Source: an uncultured Spirochaetaceae bacterium
GTDB lineage: Bacteria > Spirochaetota > Spirochaetia > DSM-27196 > SLST01
Assembly (NCBI GenBank): GCA_964458555.1
Contig: CAYWJH010000007.1
Coordinates: forward strand, 328 to 64,327
Length of the DNA stretch: 64,000 nt
Direction: 5' to 3'
The notes under the pieces were generated by a model that was not told where the DNA came from, did no database searches, and was given only the letters and a program-made list of their open reading frames with translations. Numbering within the stretch: the first letter of the stretch is position 1; the number at the start of each line of letters is the position of its first letter. Below are positions 27,441 through 37,035 of the stretch, one piece after another. The position numbers were made by a program, and so were the translations under genes.

Positions 27441-28193
27441 TCATGCGCCCGGATGGTAGTCCGGCACGACCCTTCGGGCAAGGGCACGGGTCGTGACCTC
27501 ACCGTCCTCGCACGGCGGTCCATCGTGGTAGGTCATCGTCACTCGCCCGGAATCGACCTCGACGACGGTCAGGCTTCGCGTCCCGCCGTCGTCGCGGTGC
27601 ACGCACACCGAGTACGCCCCACGCGACGGAAGGTGGCTGCGATGGTAGGCCTCGAGACGCTCCGGCGAGGGGTCGTCTCCCACGAGACGGCGGTAGGCGT
27701 CGCGTCGGGCGGCGATCACCGCCTCCGAGTCGAAGCTCGACGACGCCACCGGCCGGTCGGGGCCCTCGGTCGATTCGAGCGCGCCGCACCCGTCCCATTG
27801 GTGGACCACCGGACGCGCGCGCGCGCACATCGCGAGGAGCGTGAACGGCCGGTAGCGTGCGAGCTCCATGCGGCGAATCGCCGCGGAGACCTCCGCCGCC
27901 GAGCGCGCCGGTATCAGGTCGCGGACGAGATGACCGCGGCTTCGGTAGCCCGTTCGCTCCCCGCCGGGCCCGCACGGCTCGGCGGGATAGTGGTTGAGCA
28001 GGCAGACCGTCAGCCCGTGCTCGTTCGCGGCGATCCACGTCCCCCCGGCGTCGCTGTCGGTAGGCGAGAGGTATTGGACGGTGGTGTCGCGGTGAACGCC
28101 GGGCGGCTCGGCAGAGCCGCGCGTGAAACGCTCGTCGCGGTTCATGAACAGCCGATAGCCGGTCGCCGAGGCTGCCCAGGTGACGGTACACAT
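27441..28193 (-). CDS. NRDE/TANGO2 family protein
   Basis: Starts MCT (Ntn-type Cys), NRDE motif, GGTWIAANEHG, SRGHLV. Confidence 0.9.
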   Translation of the reverse strand: MCTVTWAASATGYRLFMNRDERFTRGSAEPPGVHRDTTVQYLSPTDSDAGGTWIAANEHGLTVCLLNHYPAEPCGPGGERTGYRSRGHLVRDLIPARSAAEVSAAIRRMELARYRPFTLLAMCARARPVVHQWDGCGALESTEGPDRPVASSSFDSEAVIAARRDAYRRLVGDDPSPERLEAYHRSHLPSRGAYSVCVHRDDGGTRSLTVVEVDSGRVTMTYHDGPPCEDGEVTTRALARRVVPDYHPGA

Positions 28194-28739
28194 CTACGAT
28201 TCCTGCGACGCGAGATAGCGCAGCGTGGACGGGGCGACGCCGAACTCGGCGGACACGGGCTGGCCTTGCATCCGCAGCAGGAGCGCGATGATCGCGTAGT
28301 GGTGCACCGTGTGGCTCGCGAGCGTGGAGAGCTCGCGCCCGAGGCTGGAGGCGACCCGCAGGCTGTCGCCCGCCTCGTCCTGCACCTCGGAGCTCACCTC
28401 GAGCTCCTGCAAGCCGCTGCCATCCGTCTCGGCGACGATGTCGCGGAGGCTCGCGATGGTCGCCCGGGCAACTGTGATCGCGTAGTCCGGATCGGACTCG
28501 ATGCGCTCGTCGCGCCGGCGCGCGTTGTAGTCGACGAAGCTGCCACGACCCTGAACGAACCGGTCGTAGAAGTCGAGGATATGGCGCACGTGCTTGCCCA
28601 TACCGCTCGAGAAATGGGCGTGCTCGTTGTTCGTGTAGCGGTCGAGATCGATCGACGCGATGAGCTCGACCGCCTGCTCGATCAACCCGACGTTCTCTTC
28701 GACGAGCAGCGCCACCACCGAACGTTCATTCGTCGCCAT
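28194..28739 (-). CDS. DinB superfamily protein
   Basis: GKHVRHILDFY, YNARRRD, SHTVHHYA metal-binding His pattern; embedded in the track's spurious 786-aa ORF. Confidence 0.85.
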   Translation of the reverse strand: MATNERSVVALLVEENVGLIEQAVELIASIDLDRYTNNEHAHFSSGMGKHVRHILDFYDRFVQGRGSFVDYNARRRDERIESDPDYAITVARATIASLRDIVAETDGSGLQELEVSSEVQDEAGDSLRVASSLGRELSTLASHTVHHYAIIALLLRMQGQPVSAEFGVAPSTLRYLASQES

Positions 28740-28826
28740 ATCACCCTCGCACGAAACATACTTCCCTCGTGCCGGGAGGACAAACTTGTATTTGCATGCT
28801 TCGCCGAGTGGAGGTAGACTCTGATC

Positions 28827-30101
28827 GTGATCGAACCCCACCCGTCTCTCGACATCCAGGGCTCCCTCGGCTCCGAGCTCGCCGGCCGGCGTATCGTGCA
28901 CGCCGTATGCGGAAGCGTCGCCGCCGCTCGCGCGCCGGAGATCGCCCGGCTGCTCATGCGTCACGGCGCCGATGTCTTCCCGGTCATGTCCGCCGAGGCG
29001 CAGCGGCTGCTCCACCCGAACCTCCTTCATTGGGCGAGCGGACACGAGCCGGTCACCGAGCTCACCGGCGAGACCGAGCACGTCGCGCTGGCGGGGAACA
29101 CATCGACCAAGGCCGATGTGCTCCTGATCGCCCCGGCGACGGCGAACACCGTCGGGAAGATCGCCGCGGGCATCGACGACGGCCCGGTGACTACGTTCGC
29201 GACGACGGCGATCGGCGAGCAGATTCCGGTCATCGTGGTGCCGGCGATGCACGAGCCCATGTACCGCCACCCCATCGTCCGGCGCAACCTCGACACGCTG
29301 CGCGAGATCGGACTGGAGGTCATCATGCCGCGCGTGGAAGAGGGCAAGGCGAAGATCGCGGCGAGCGAGGAGATCGTCGCCTCGGTGATCGCGAGGCTCG
29401 CCGGGCACGCGCCGGGGGAGGCGGGCACGCTCGCCGGGCGCAGGGTACTCGTGACGGTGGGCCGCACCGTCGAATACATCGATCCCATCCGGGTCGTTAC
29501 GAACAACAGCTCCGGCAAGATGGGCATGGCCGTCGCGCAAGCGGCGACGGAAGCCGGCGCGGAGGTCACGGCGGTGTACGGGAAGGGAAGCGCCGAGGTT
29601 CCGCCCGGCGCACGCGTTATCCGCGTAGACACAGCCGAGCAGATGCGGAAGGCGGTGTGGGACGAGCTGGGCGACGGACGTGGCTACGACGTCGTCGTCG
29701 CGGCCGCGGCGGTCGGCGACTGGCGCCCGGTCGGCGAAGAGAAGAAGAAGATATCGACCCACGACCGCGACCGCCTCGTCCTCGAGCTCGAGCCGACGCC
29801 CAAGATCATCGACCGGATCAAGCACGACTTTCCGAAGACCTTTCTCGTCGCCTTCCGCGCGCAGCACGACCTCACGCTCGACGAGCTGCTCGCCGACGCT
29901 CGTGCCCGCGCGAAGAAGGCGGACGCCGACCTCATCGCGGTCAACGACGTCAGCCGGCAGGGCACCGGCTTCGAGGCCGACACGAACGAGATGTATCTCA
30001 TCGGGCGAGACGGCAACGAGGACCACGTTCCCCTCGCGAGCAAGCTCGCCGTGGCCCGCCGGATCGTGGAGGCGATCGCTCGTCGCATGGGCTCCGGTTG
30101 A
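28827..30101 (+). CDS. coaBC: Bifunctional phosphopantothenoylcysteine decarboxylase / phosphopantothenate-cysteine ligase
   Basis: GSVAA, APATANT, PAMHEPM, IDPIR..TNNSSGKMG, AAAVGD. Confidence 0.93.
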   Translation: MIEPHPSLDIQGSLGSELAGRRIVHAVCGSVAAARAPEIARLLMRHGADVFPVMSAEAQRLLHPNLLHWASGHEPVTELTGETEHVALAGNTSTKADVLLIAPATANTVGKIAAGIDDGPVTTFATTAIGEQIPVIVVPAMHEPMYRHPIVRRNLDTLREIGLEVIMPRVEEGKAKIAASEEIVASVIARLAGHAPGEAGTLAGRRVLVTVGRTVEYIDPIRVVTNNSSGKMGMAVAQAATEAGAEVTAVYGKGSAEVPPGARVIRVDTAEQMRKAVWDELGDGRGYDVVVAAAAVGDWRPVGEEKKKISTHDRDRLVLELEPTPKIIDRIKHDFPKTFLVAFRAQHDLTLDELLADARARAKKADADLIAVNDVSRQGTGFEADTNEMYLIGRDGNEDHVPLASKLAVARRIVEAIARRMGSG

Positions 30102-30135
30102 CAGGAGCCGGGGCCGACCGTAGGATGCGGCAACC

Positions 30136-31452
30136 ATGAAGGTTGCGATTATTGGGTGCGGCACCGTGGGCGGTGCGACGGCCCGGCACATACAGGACAG
30201 CTCGGATCTCATAGACCGGCGGTACGGCGTGCGGCTCGAGCTCGCCGCGGTTGTCGACAAGAAGCTCGACCACGCGCGGGCGATCGGGCTGCCGGAGGAA
30301 CTGCTCGGCGAGAACCTCGACGAGGTGCTCGCGCGCGGCGACGTGGACGTCGTCGTGGAGCTCGTCGGCGGGATCGACGTAGCGCGCGGGATCATCGCCC
30401 GTGCGCTCGAGGCGGGCAAGCACGTGGTCACCGCGAACAAGGCGCTCCTCGCCCACCACGGCGAAGAACTCTTCGCGATCGCGCACGAAACCCGGCGCGC
30501 GCTCGCCTTCGAGGCGAGCTGCGGCGGCGGCATCCCGCTGATCCGGGCGCTCACCGACGGGCTCGCGGGAAACCGGATCGACGCGATCTACGGCATCGTC
30601 AACGGAACCTGTAACTACATCCTCACCGAAATGATTCGCCGGTCGATCTCCTACGACGAGGCGCTCGTCGAGGCGCAGCGCGACGGGCTCGCCGAGGCCG
30701 ATCCGACGCTCGACGTGGGCGGGTTCGACAGCGCTCACAAGATCGCGGTCATGGCCTCGCTCGCCTTTGACGCAAAGGTGGACTACGACGCGATCCCGGT
30801 CGAGGGAATCGATTCGCTCGACCTGCTCGACGTGAGCTGGGCGACGAGACTCGGCTACGTGACCAAGCTCCTCGCGATCGCCGAGCGAGGCGACGAAGGA
30901 ATCTCGCTGCGCGTTCGGCCCTGCTTCGTCCACGCCGAGCATCCGCTCGCCTGGGTGGGCGGCCCCTTTAACGCGGTGAGCGTCTACAGCTATCCCACCG
31001 GCCACACGATGTACTACGGTCGCGGGGCCGGCGGGTCGGCCACCTCGGGAGCGATCGTCGCAGATCTGGTGTCGATCGCCACCGGCGCGTGGGACGCCTT
31101 CTTCGCGCGCACGCGTTTCTGGCCGGACCGGACCGAATCGGCACGGCAGAACGCGCCCGGCACGATCCGCGGCCGCTACTACGTGCGCGTCCTCGTGCAG
31201 GACCGCCCGGGGGTGCTCGCCGAGATGACCAACCGGTTCGCCGAGCACGGCATCAGCATCGCGAGCGTCCACCAGGACGAGCTCGGCGACGATACGCACC
31301 AGCTCGCGCCGGTGGTCGTCGTGACGCACGGGGCGAGCGAGGACGACGTTCGCGCGGCGGTCGGCGAGATCGACGCGATGCAGCAGACGAGCGGCGCGTG
31401 CGCGGTTATTTCGATCATCGACGAGCCCGACGAGGAGCTCATCGAGCTTTAG
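30136..31452 (+). CDS. hom: Homoserine dehydrogenase with ACT domain
   Basis: GCGTVG, HVVTANKA, FEASCGGGIP, NGTCNYIL, EADPTLDVGG, DRPGVLA. Confidence 0.95.
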   Translation: MKVAIIGCGTVGGATARHIQDSSDLIDRRYGVRLELAAVVDKKLDHARAIGLPEELLGENLDEVLARGDVDVVVELVGGIDVARGIIARALEAGKHVVTANKALLAHHGEELFAIAHETRRALAFEASCGGGIPLIRALTDGLAGNRIDAIYGIVNGTCNYILTEMIRRSISYDEALVEAQRDGLAEADPTLDVGGFDSAHKIAVMASLAFDAKVDYDAIPVEGIDSLDLLDVSWATRLGYVTKLLAIAERGDEGISLRVRPCFVHAEHPLAWVGGPFNAVSVYSYPTGHTMYYGRGAGGSATSGAIVADLVSIATGAWDAFFARTRFWPDRTESARQNAPGTIRGRYYVRVLVQDRPGVLAEMTNRFAEHGISIASVHQDELGDDTHQLAPVVVVTHGASEDDVRAAVGEIDAMQQTSGACAVISIIDEPDEELIEL

Positions 31453-31475
31453 CGCACCGAAGAGGAAGGATAGCC

Positions 31476-34016
31476 ATGAAGATCGTTTCGTATACCGTCG
31501 ACCCGAAAATACCCGAGGCGCTGCAGCCGCTCAAGGAGCTCGCGAGCAACCTCTGGCTGAGCTGGAACTTCGACGCGGTCATGCTGTTCATGCGGCTCGA
31601 CTACGACCTGTGGATGGAGTCGCACCAGAACCCGGCACGGCTGCTGGGAATGGTCGGCCAGGAGCGCTACGAGGAGCTCGCCGCCGACGACTCGTACCTC
31701 GCGGCGCTGAATCGCGTCTACGAGAAGTTCCTCGCGTACCGCAAGGGCGAGACCTGGTACACCGGCGAGACGACGGACGTGGTCGCCTACTTCTCGATGG
31801 AATACGGGCTGGACGTGAGCCTGCCCATCTACTCCGGCGGCCTGGGCGTACTCTCCGGCGACCACCTGAAGACGAGCTCCGACCTCGGTCTCCCGCTCGT
31901 GGGCGTGGGTCTGCTCTACCGGCAGGGCTACTTCCAGCAGTACCTCAACGCCGACGGCTACCAGCAGGAGAGCTACCCGGAGAACGACTGGTACAACATG
32001 CCGGTGACGATCTGCCGCGACGACGAGGGTGCGGCGGTCAAGATAAGCGTCCGGATCGGGGAGGCGACGGTCGTCGCCCAGATCTGGGAGGTGAGGATAG
32101 GTCGGACGTCGCTTTACCTCCTCGACACGAATATCGCCGACAATACCGAAGATCTGCGGGCGATCACCTCCACGCTCTACGGCGGGACGAAGGAGACGCG
32201 CATCAGACAGGAGATCCTGCTGGGAATCGGCGGGTTCCGCGCGCTGCGCGCGCTCGGCGTCAACCCCGCGGTCGCGCACATGAACGAGGGCCACTCGGCG
32301 TTTCTCGCGATCGAACGGATCCGTGAGCACGTCGCGCAGCACGGTCTCACCGTCGGCGAGGCGATCGAGGCCATTCGCCCTACGAGCATCTTCACGACGC
32401 ACACGCCGGTACCGGCCGGTAACGAGCGCTTTACGCCCGAGCTGATGCAGAAGTACTTCTCGAGCATCACCGGGGATCTGGAGATCGGCTTCCACGATTT
32501 CATGGCGCTCGGCCGTGAGAACCCCGACGACGAGCTCGAGCACTTCTGCATGACCGTGCTCGCGATTCGACTCTCTGCGTACAACAACGCGGTGAGCGCG
32601 CTGCACGGCGAGGTGAGCCGCGACATGTGGAAGAACCTCTGGCCGAACCTCCCCACCGAGGAGGTTCCCATCACGAGCATCACGAACGGCGTCCACATCC
32701 GCACGTGGCTCAGTCACGACATGCAGGACCTGCTCGATCGCTACTTCGGCCCGCGCTTCTACGACGATCCGACCTACCTGGACATCTGGGATCGGATCGA
32801 TCGGGTGAGCGACGAGGAGCTGTGGCGGACCCACGAGCGGCGCAAGGAACGCCTCGTCGCCTTCGCGCGCGAGCGACAGTATCAGCAGCACCGCAACCGC
32901 GGCGTCTCCGGAAGCCAGCTCACCGCGGCCACCGAGGTTCTCTCTCCGTACGCGTTCACGATCAGCTTCGCGAGGCGGTTTGCAACCTACAAGCGAGCTA
33001 CGCTGCTCTTCCGCGACAAGGAGCGGCTCTACAAGCTGTTGACGAACACCGAATACCCGGTCCAGATCATCTTCAGCGGCAAGGCGCACCCGCACGACGT
33101 CCCCGGCAAGAACCTCATCAAGGACATCTACCACTTCGCCCAACAGCCCGAGATCCGGCGGAAGGTCGTCTTCCTCGAGAACTACGACATTGGCGTGGCG
33201 AAGTACCTCGTCAGCGGCAGCGACCTCTGGCTCAACACGCCGCGGCGCCCCATGGAGGCGAGTGGGACGAGCGGCATGAAGGCCGGCATCAACGGCGTGC
33301 TGAGCTGCTCGATCCTCGACGGTTGGTGGGCCGAAGGGTACCAGCCGTCGCTCGGCTGGGCGATCGGAAGCGGCGAGCACTACGAGGACGAGGAGGAGCA
33401 GGACGAGATAGAGAGCAAGCTGCTCTACGACCTGCTCGAACGCGAGATCGTGCCCCGCTACTACGAGCGCGCGCGGGACGGTCTGCCGCGCGAGTGGATC
33501 CGCATGATGAAGTCGAGCATGCGCGAGCTCGGTCCTCAGTTCGCGAGCCACCGGATGCTCATGGAGTACGCCGACCAGTTCTACATACCCGCGCTCGAGA
33601 GCGCGAAGCGGATCGAATCGACCTCGTACGCAGGCGCGAAGGACCTCGCCGCGTACATGAAGCGGCTCGACGCCGCGTGGGCCGACCTCCGTGTCGTCGA
33701 AACCCCGACGATTCCCGACCGGACGCTCAAGGTGGGCGATTCGATGGAGCTCAGCGCGAGGGTACGGATGGACGGCCTCGAGCCCGACGAGGTCGCCGTG
33801 GAGCTCTACTACGGACCCATGAAGAGCACCGGCGAGATCGGCAGCCCGTCCTCGGCGCCGATGGAGCACACGAAGACGGAGAAGGACGGGGTCCACGTCT
33901 TCACCGCGACGATCGAGCTCGGCTACGCCGGCCGCCAGGGTCTCGCGGTACGCGTCGTCCCGAGGCACGAGCAGCTCGCCCAGCGCTTCGTGCCCGGCTA
34001 CGTCGTATGGGGATGA
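31476..34016 (+). CDS. glgP: Alpha-glucan phosphorylase
   Basis: YSGGLG.L.GD, NEGH, FTTHTPVPAG, FARRFATYKRA, EASGTSGMK PLP-lysine motif. Confidence 0.96.
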   Translation: MKIVSYTVDPKIPEALQPLKELASNLWLSWNFDAVMLFMRLDYDLWMESHQNPARLLGMVGQERYEELAADDSYLAALNRVYEKFLAYRKGETWYTGETTDVVAYFSMEYGLDVSLPIYSGGLGVLSGDHLKTSSDLGLPLVGVGLLYRQGYFQQYLNADGYQQESYPENDWYNMPVTICRDDEGAAVKISVRIGEATVVAQIWEVRIGRTSLYLLDTNIADNTEDLRAITSTLYGGTKETRIRQEILLGIGGFRALRALGVNPAVAHMNEGHSAFLAIERIREHVAQHGLTVGEAIEAIRPTSIFTTHTPVPAGNERFTPELMQKYFSSITGDLEIGFHDFMALGRENPDDELEHFCMTVLAIRLSAYNNAVSALHGEVSRDMWKNLWPNLPTEEVPITSITNGVHIRTWLSHDMQDLLDRYFGPRFYDDPTYLDIWDRIDRVSDEELWRTHERRKERLVAFARERQYQQHRNRGVSGSQLTAATEVLSPYAFTISFARRFATYKRATLLFRDKERLYKLLTNTEYPVQIIFSGKAHPHDVPGKNLIKDIYHFAQQPEIRRKVVFLENYDIGVAKYLVSGSDLWLNTPRRPMEASGTSGMKAGINGVLSCSILDGWWAEGYQPSLGWAIGSGEHYEDEEEQDEIESKLLYDLLEREIVPRYYERARDGLPREWIRMMKSSMRELGPQFASHRMLMEYADQFYIPALESAKRIESTSYAGAKDLAAYMKRLDAAWADLRVVETPTIPDRTLKVGDSMELSARVRMDGLEPDEVAVELYYGPMKSTGEIGSPSSAPMEHTKTEKDGVHVFTATIELGYAGRQGLAVRVVPRHEQLAQRFVPGYVVWG

Positions 34017-34093
34017 ACCGCCGACCGAAGTAGCCCGCGCCGCCCGCCCCGGCGGATGACCGCCGGGCGGATGACGTCTATACTCGAAGTGCC

Positions 34094-35377
34094 ATGTTCG
34101 CGAACCCGCTTCTTTCGGCGCTGTTCTTCGGTCTGCTGACCGCGGTCTCGCTGCCGCTCGGCGCGATCGTGGCGCGCTTCTGGGTGCCGCGCGATCGCGT
34201 ACTCGCCTCGCTCATGGCCTTTGGCGCCGGGGCGCTCCTTTCGGCGCTGACGATCGACCTCGTGGGAAACGCGCTCGAACACGGCAACGTCTGGCCCCTG
34301 TCGGGCGGGGCGGTGCTGGGCGGCCTGCTCTTCGTCGTTCTCAACCAGGTCGTCAACAACCAGGGCGGGTTCCTCCGCAAGTCGGCCACGACGCTGAAGT
34401 ACCTGCGCGGGCTGAAGGAGGAGCGGCTCAAAGAGCTCTTCCGCAGCATCAGCGCCGTGCCGGTCTTCAACGAGCTCCCGCCGGAGGAGATCGCCGAGCT
34501 CGTCCCGTACATCGGCACCAGAACCTTCGCGGCCGGAGACACGGTCATCCGCGAGGGCGAGCCCGGCGACAGCGTCTTCATCGTGGAGTCGGGTCGCGTG
34601 AGGATAGCGAGCAACGACACGCACGTGGCGACGCTCGGGGACGGCGACGTGCTGGGCGAGATGGCGCTCGTCACCGGGGAGCCGCGATCGGCGACCGCGG
34701 TGGCCGAAACCGAGTGTCGAGTCTGGTACATCATGAAGGACGATTTCGACGAGCTCCTCGCCGCGTCGCCGCACCTCAAGCAGGCGGTCAGCGAGCTCGC
34801 GATGGAGCGGATCTCGAACCTGCAGGAACAGCAGATCATGCACCCCGACGACGCGCGGCGCTGGTACCAGAAGGCGGCGCGCAACGTCGATCAGGAACTG
34901 CTGCAACCGACGCCGGTGGAGATCCGCGAGGCGGCGCACGAGCACGGCGGCGCGCCGCTGGCAATCTGGCTCGGCATCCTGCTCGACGGTATCCCCGAGT
35001 CGCTCGTGATCGGCGCGAGCCTCGTCCAGGCGAGCATCAGCTTCTCGCTGCTCGCCGGGCTCTTTCTGTCGAACTTCCCGGAGGCGTTGTCGAGCTCCGC
35101 GGCGATGCGGCAGGCCTCCTACGGGTTCGGCCGAATCCTCGTGATGTGGGTTTCGCTGATGCTGCTCACGGGGCTGGGAGCGCTACTGGGCAACCTCTTC
35201 TTCACCGGTGCCTCGCACGAGATGCTCGCGCTCGTGGAGGGCATCGCGGCCGGCGCGATGCTCACGATGATCGCCGAGACGATGCTGCCCGAAGCGTACC
35301 ACAAGGGCGGGACGGTGACGGGGCTGTCCACGCTGCTGGGCTTCCTCGTGGCGATCCTGTTCAAGACGCTGGAGTAG
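34094..35377 (+). CDS. ZIP-family metal transporter with inserted cyclic-nucleotide-binding domain
   Basis: ZIP TM1-3 (AFGAGALLSA), then a CNB domain (IREGEPGD...GEMAL..GEPRSATA), then ZIP TM4-8 (LDGIPES, SNFPEA, AAGAML). Confidence 0.85.
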   Translation: MFANPLLSALFFGLLTAVSLPLGAIVARFWVPRDRVLASLMAFGAGALLSALTIDLVGNALEHGNVWPLSGGAVLGGLLFVVLNQVVNNQGGFLRKSATTLKYLRGLKEERLKELFRSISAVPVFNELPPEEIAELVPYIGTRTFAAGDTVIREGEPGDSVFIVESGRVRIASNDTHVATLGDGDVLGEMALVTGEPRSATAVAETECRVWYIMKDDFDELLAASPHLKQAVSELAMERISNLQEQQIMHPDDARRWYQKAARNVDQELLQPTPVEIREAAHEHGGAPLAIWLGILLDGIPESLVIGASLVQASISFSLLAGLFLSNFPEALSSSAAMRQASYGFGRILVMWVSLMLLTGLGALLGNLFFTGASHEMLALVEGIAAGAMLTMIAETMLPEAYHKGGTVTGLSTLLGFLVAILFKTLE

Positions 35378-35431
35378 CGGCCGGTCGCGGGAAACGCGAC
35401 CGCCGGGCGGCGAGCGCGCGGCCGCCCGCGC

Positions 35432-36127
35432 CTACAGCGCCAACCAGGGGTCGAGCAGCACGAAGACGATCACGACGAGGATCGCGGGGATGTAGTCGGC
35501 GGTCTTGATGTGCTTGAGGTTGAGCAGGTTGATCCCGATCATGAGGATCAAGGCTCCCCCCACCGCGGTGATCTCGCTCAGCATGAGCTCGCTCACCCAG
35601 GGGCTGAGCGACCCCGCGAGCAGCGTCACCCCTCCCTGGTAGACGAGAATGACGAGCGCGCTGAACGCGACCCCGATGCCCATCGAGGCGGCGAGCAGGA
35701 TCGACATGAACCCGTCCATGACCGACTTCGTGAGGAGCAACTGGTAGTCGCCCTCCACGCCGGCCCGGAAACTGCCCAGAATCGCCATGGCGCCCACGCA
35801 GAAGAGCACGGACGCGCGGAGGAACCCGTACGCGAACTCGCTGCCGGAGCTGGAGCGCTGAAACCGTTGCCGCAGGAGCTCGCCGAGCCTGAGGATGCCA
35901 TCTTCCACGCCCCACCACGAGCCGAGGATCCCGCCGAGAACGACGGCGAGCGCCAGATAGAGCACGCGCTGCATCTCCAGCGCCATGGACATGCCAATAA
36001 CGAGCGTGATGATTCCCACACCCGAGTACAGCACCTCTCGGACCCGATCGCCGATCCGCCGATTGAAGATCAGACCGATCAGCGAACCGGCGATCACGGC
36101 CGCGGCGTTGATGATGGTGGCGATCAT
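35432..36127 (-). CDS. DUF554 family membrane protein (YqgA/YdfK-like)
   Basis: TIINAAAV..GSLIG, FCVGAMAILGS, KSVMDG. Confidence 0.88.
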   Translation of the reverse strand: MIATIINAAAVIAGSLIGLIFNRRIGDRVREVLYSGVGIITLVIGMSMALEMQRVLYLALAVVLGGILGSWWGVEDGILRLGELLRQRFQRSSSGSEFAYGFLRASVLFCVGAMAILGSFRAGVEGDYQLLLTKSVMDGFMSILLAASMGIGVAFSALVILVYQGGVTLLAGSLSPWVSELMLSEITAVGGALILMIGINLLNLKHIKTADYIPAILVVIVFVLLDPWLAL

Positions 36128-36209
36128 GCAGGCGAGTGTAGCGGCGGTCGACCCTAAACTCAAGTGCCGTTCCGATCGATGCTTATAGTGAACGGACGAG
36201 GAGGACATC

Positions 36210-36542
36210 GTGAGCCAGACGGCACAGGCGGAATCAGGCATCGGGACGAAGCGGAAGATCTACTGCGCGAACTGCAAGAACTGCAAACTGGTGCCGTCGC
36301 CGGTCGACGACGACACGCGCTACGTGCTCCGCGTTCGCTGCGCCGCCGGGAAGTGGCGCAAGCGACTGGGCGGTGAGAAGCTCTACAAGTACTTCACCGT
36401 CATCCGCCGCAGCATGGAAGACTGCGACTCGTACGAGCCCATGGGCGACGAGGACGAGTTCCTTCAGGACCTCAAGCGAAACCTGCCGATCAACGACGAG
36501 GTCTACGAGTCCGACCCGGTATCGAACCCGCAGGGCTCGTAG
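36210..36542 (+). CDS. Small Cys-rich conserved hypothetical protein
   Basis: CANCKNC plus two further Cys; SD GAGGA before GTG. Confidence 0.7.
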   Translation: MSQTAQAESGIGTKRKIYCANCKNCKLVPSPVDDDTRYVLRVRCAAGKWRKRLGGEKLYKYFTVIRRSMEDCDSYEPMGDEDEFLQDLKRNLPINDEVYESDPVSNPQGS

Positions 36543-36609
36543 CCCGCCGGCGCCGCAAGCGCCACCATGGCGTTGATACGACGCACGTGGGGGTGTACAT
36601 TGCTCAGTA

Positions 36610-37035
36610 ATGAAACGACTCAGCCTCATCGCCGTGGCGGCCGTGGTCTTGTTCGGCTGCCAGACCGTTCCCACCGAGATACCCGAGGACCTCACGCAGG
36701 CTGAGCTCATCCAGCTCGCCCAGGAAGCGACCGACCAGGAGAACTGGGAGGCGGCGCAGGCGTACTACGCCGCCATGGTCGACCGGTATCCCAACGACCG
36801 CGCTGCGATCGCCACGGCGCGGTACGAGATCGCGTTCATCGAGTACAAGCGGGGCGACTTCGACGAAGCCGAGCGCCGATTCGAAGAGCTTCTCGGCATG
36901 TACGACTTCGAGCGCGACGAGCTCCCTGCCTGGCCGCGCGTGCTCGCCAACCGCGTGCTCGACGAGATGGAAGCCGAGCGCCAACGAGCGGCCGAGGAAG
37001 CGGCCGCCGACTCGGAAGCTACTGCGGAAGAATGA
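36610..37035 (+). CDS. TPR lipoprotein (BamD-like fold)
   Basis: Lipobox LFG-C; TPR helices (ARYEIAFIEYKRG). Confidence 0.75.
   Translation: MKRLSLIAVAAVVLFGCQTVPTEIPEDLTQAELIQLAQEATDQENWEAAQAYYAAMVDRYPNDRAAIATARYEIAFIEYKRGDFDEAERRFEELLGMYDFERDELPAWPRVLANRVLDEMEAERQRAAEEAAADSEATAEE

Noticed and set aside
28740-30554. Upstream part of the 786-aa ORF that appears fused to DinB
   Set aside because: It is the antisense of coaBC and hom; DinB has its own start at 28739.
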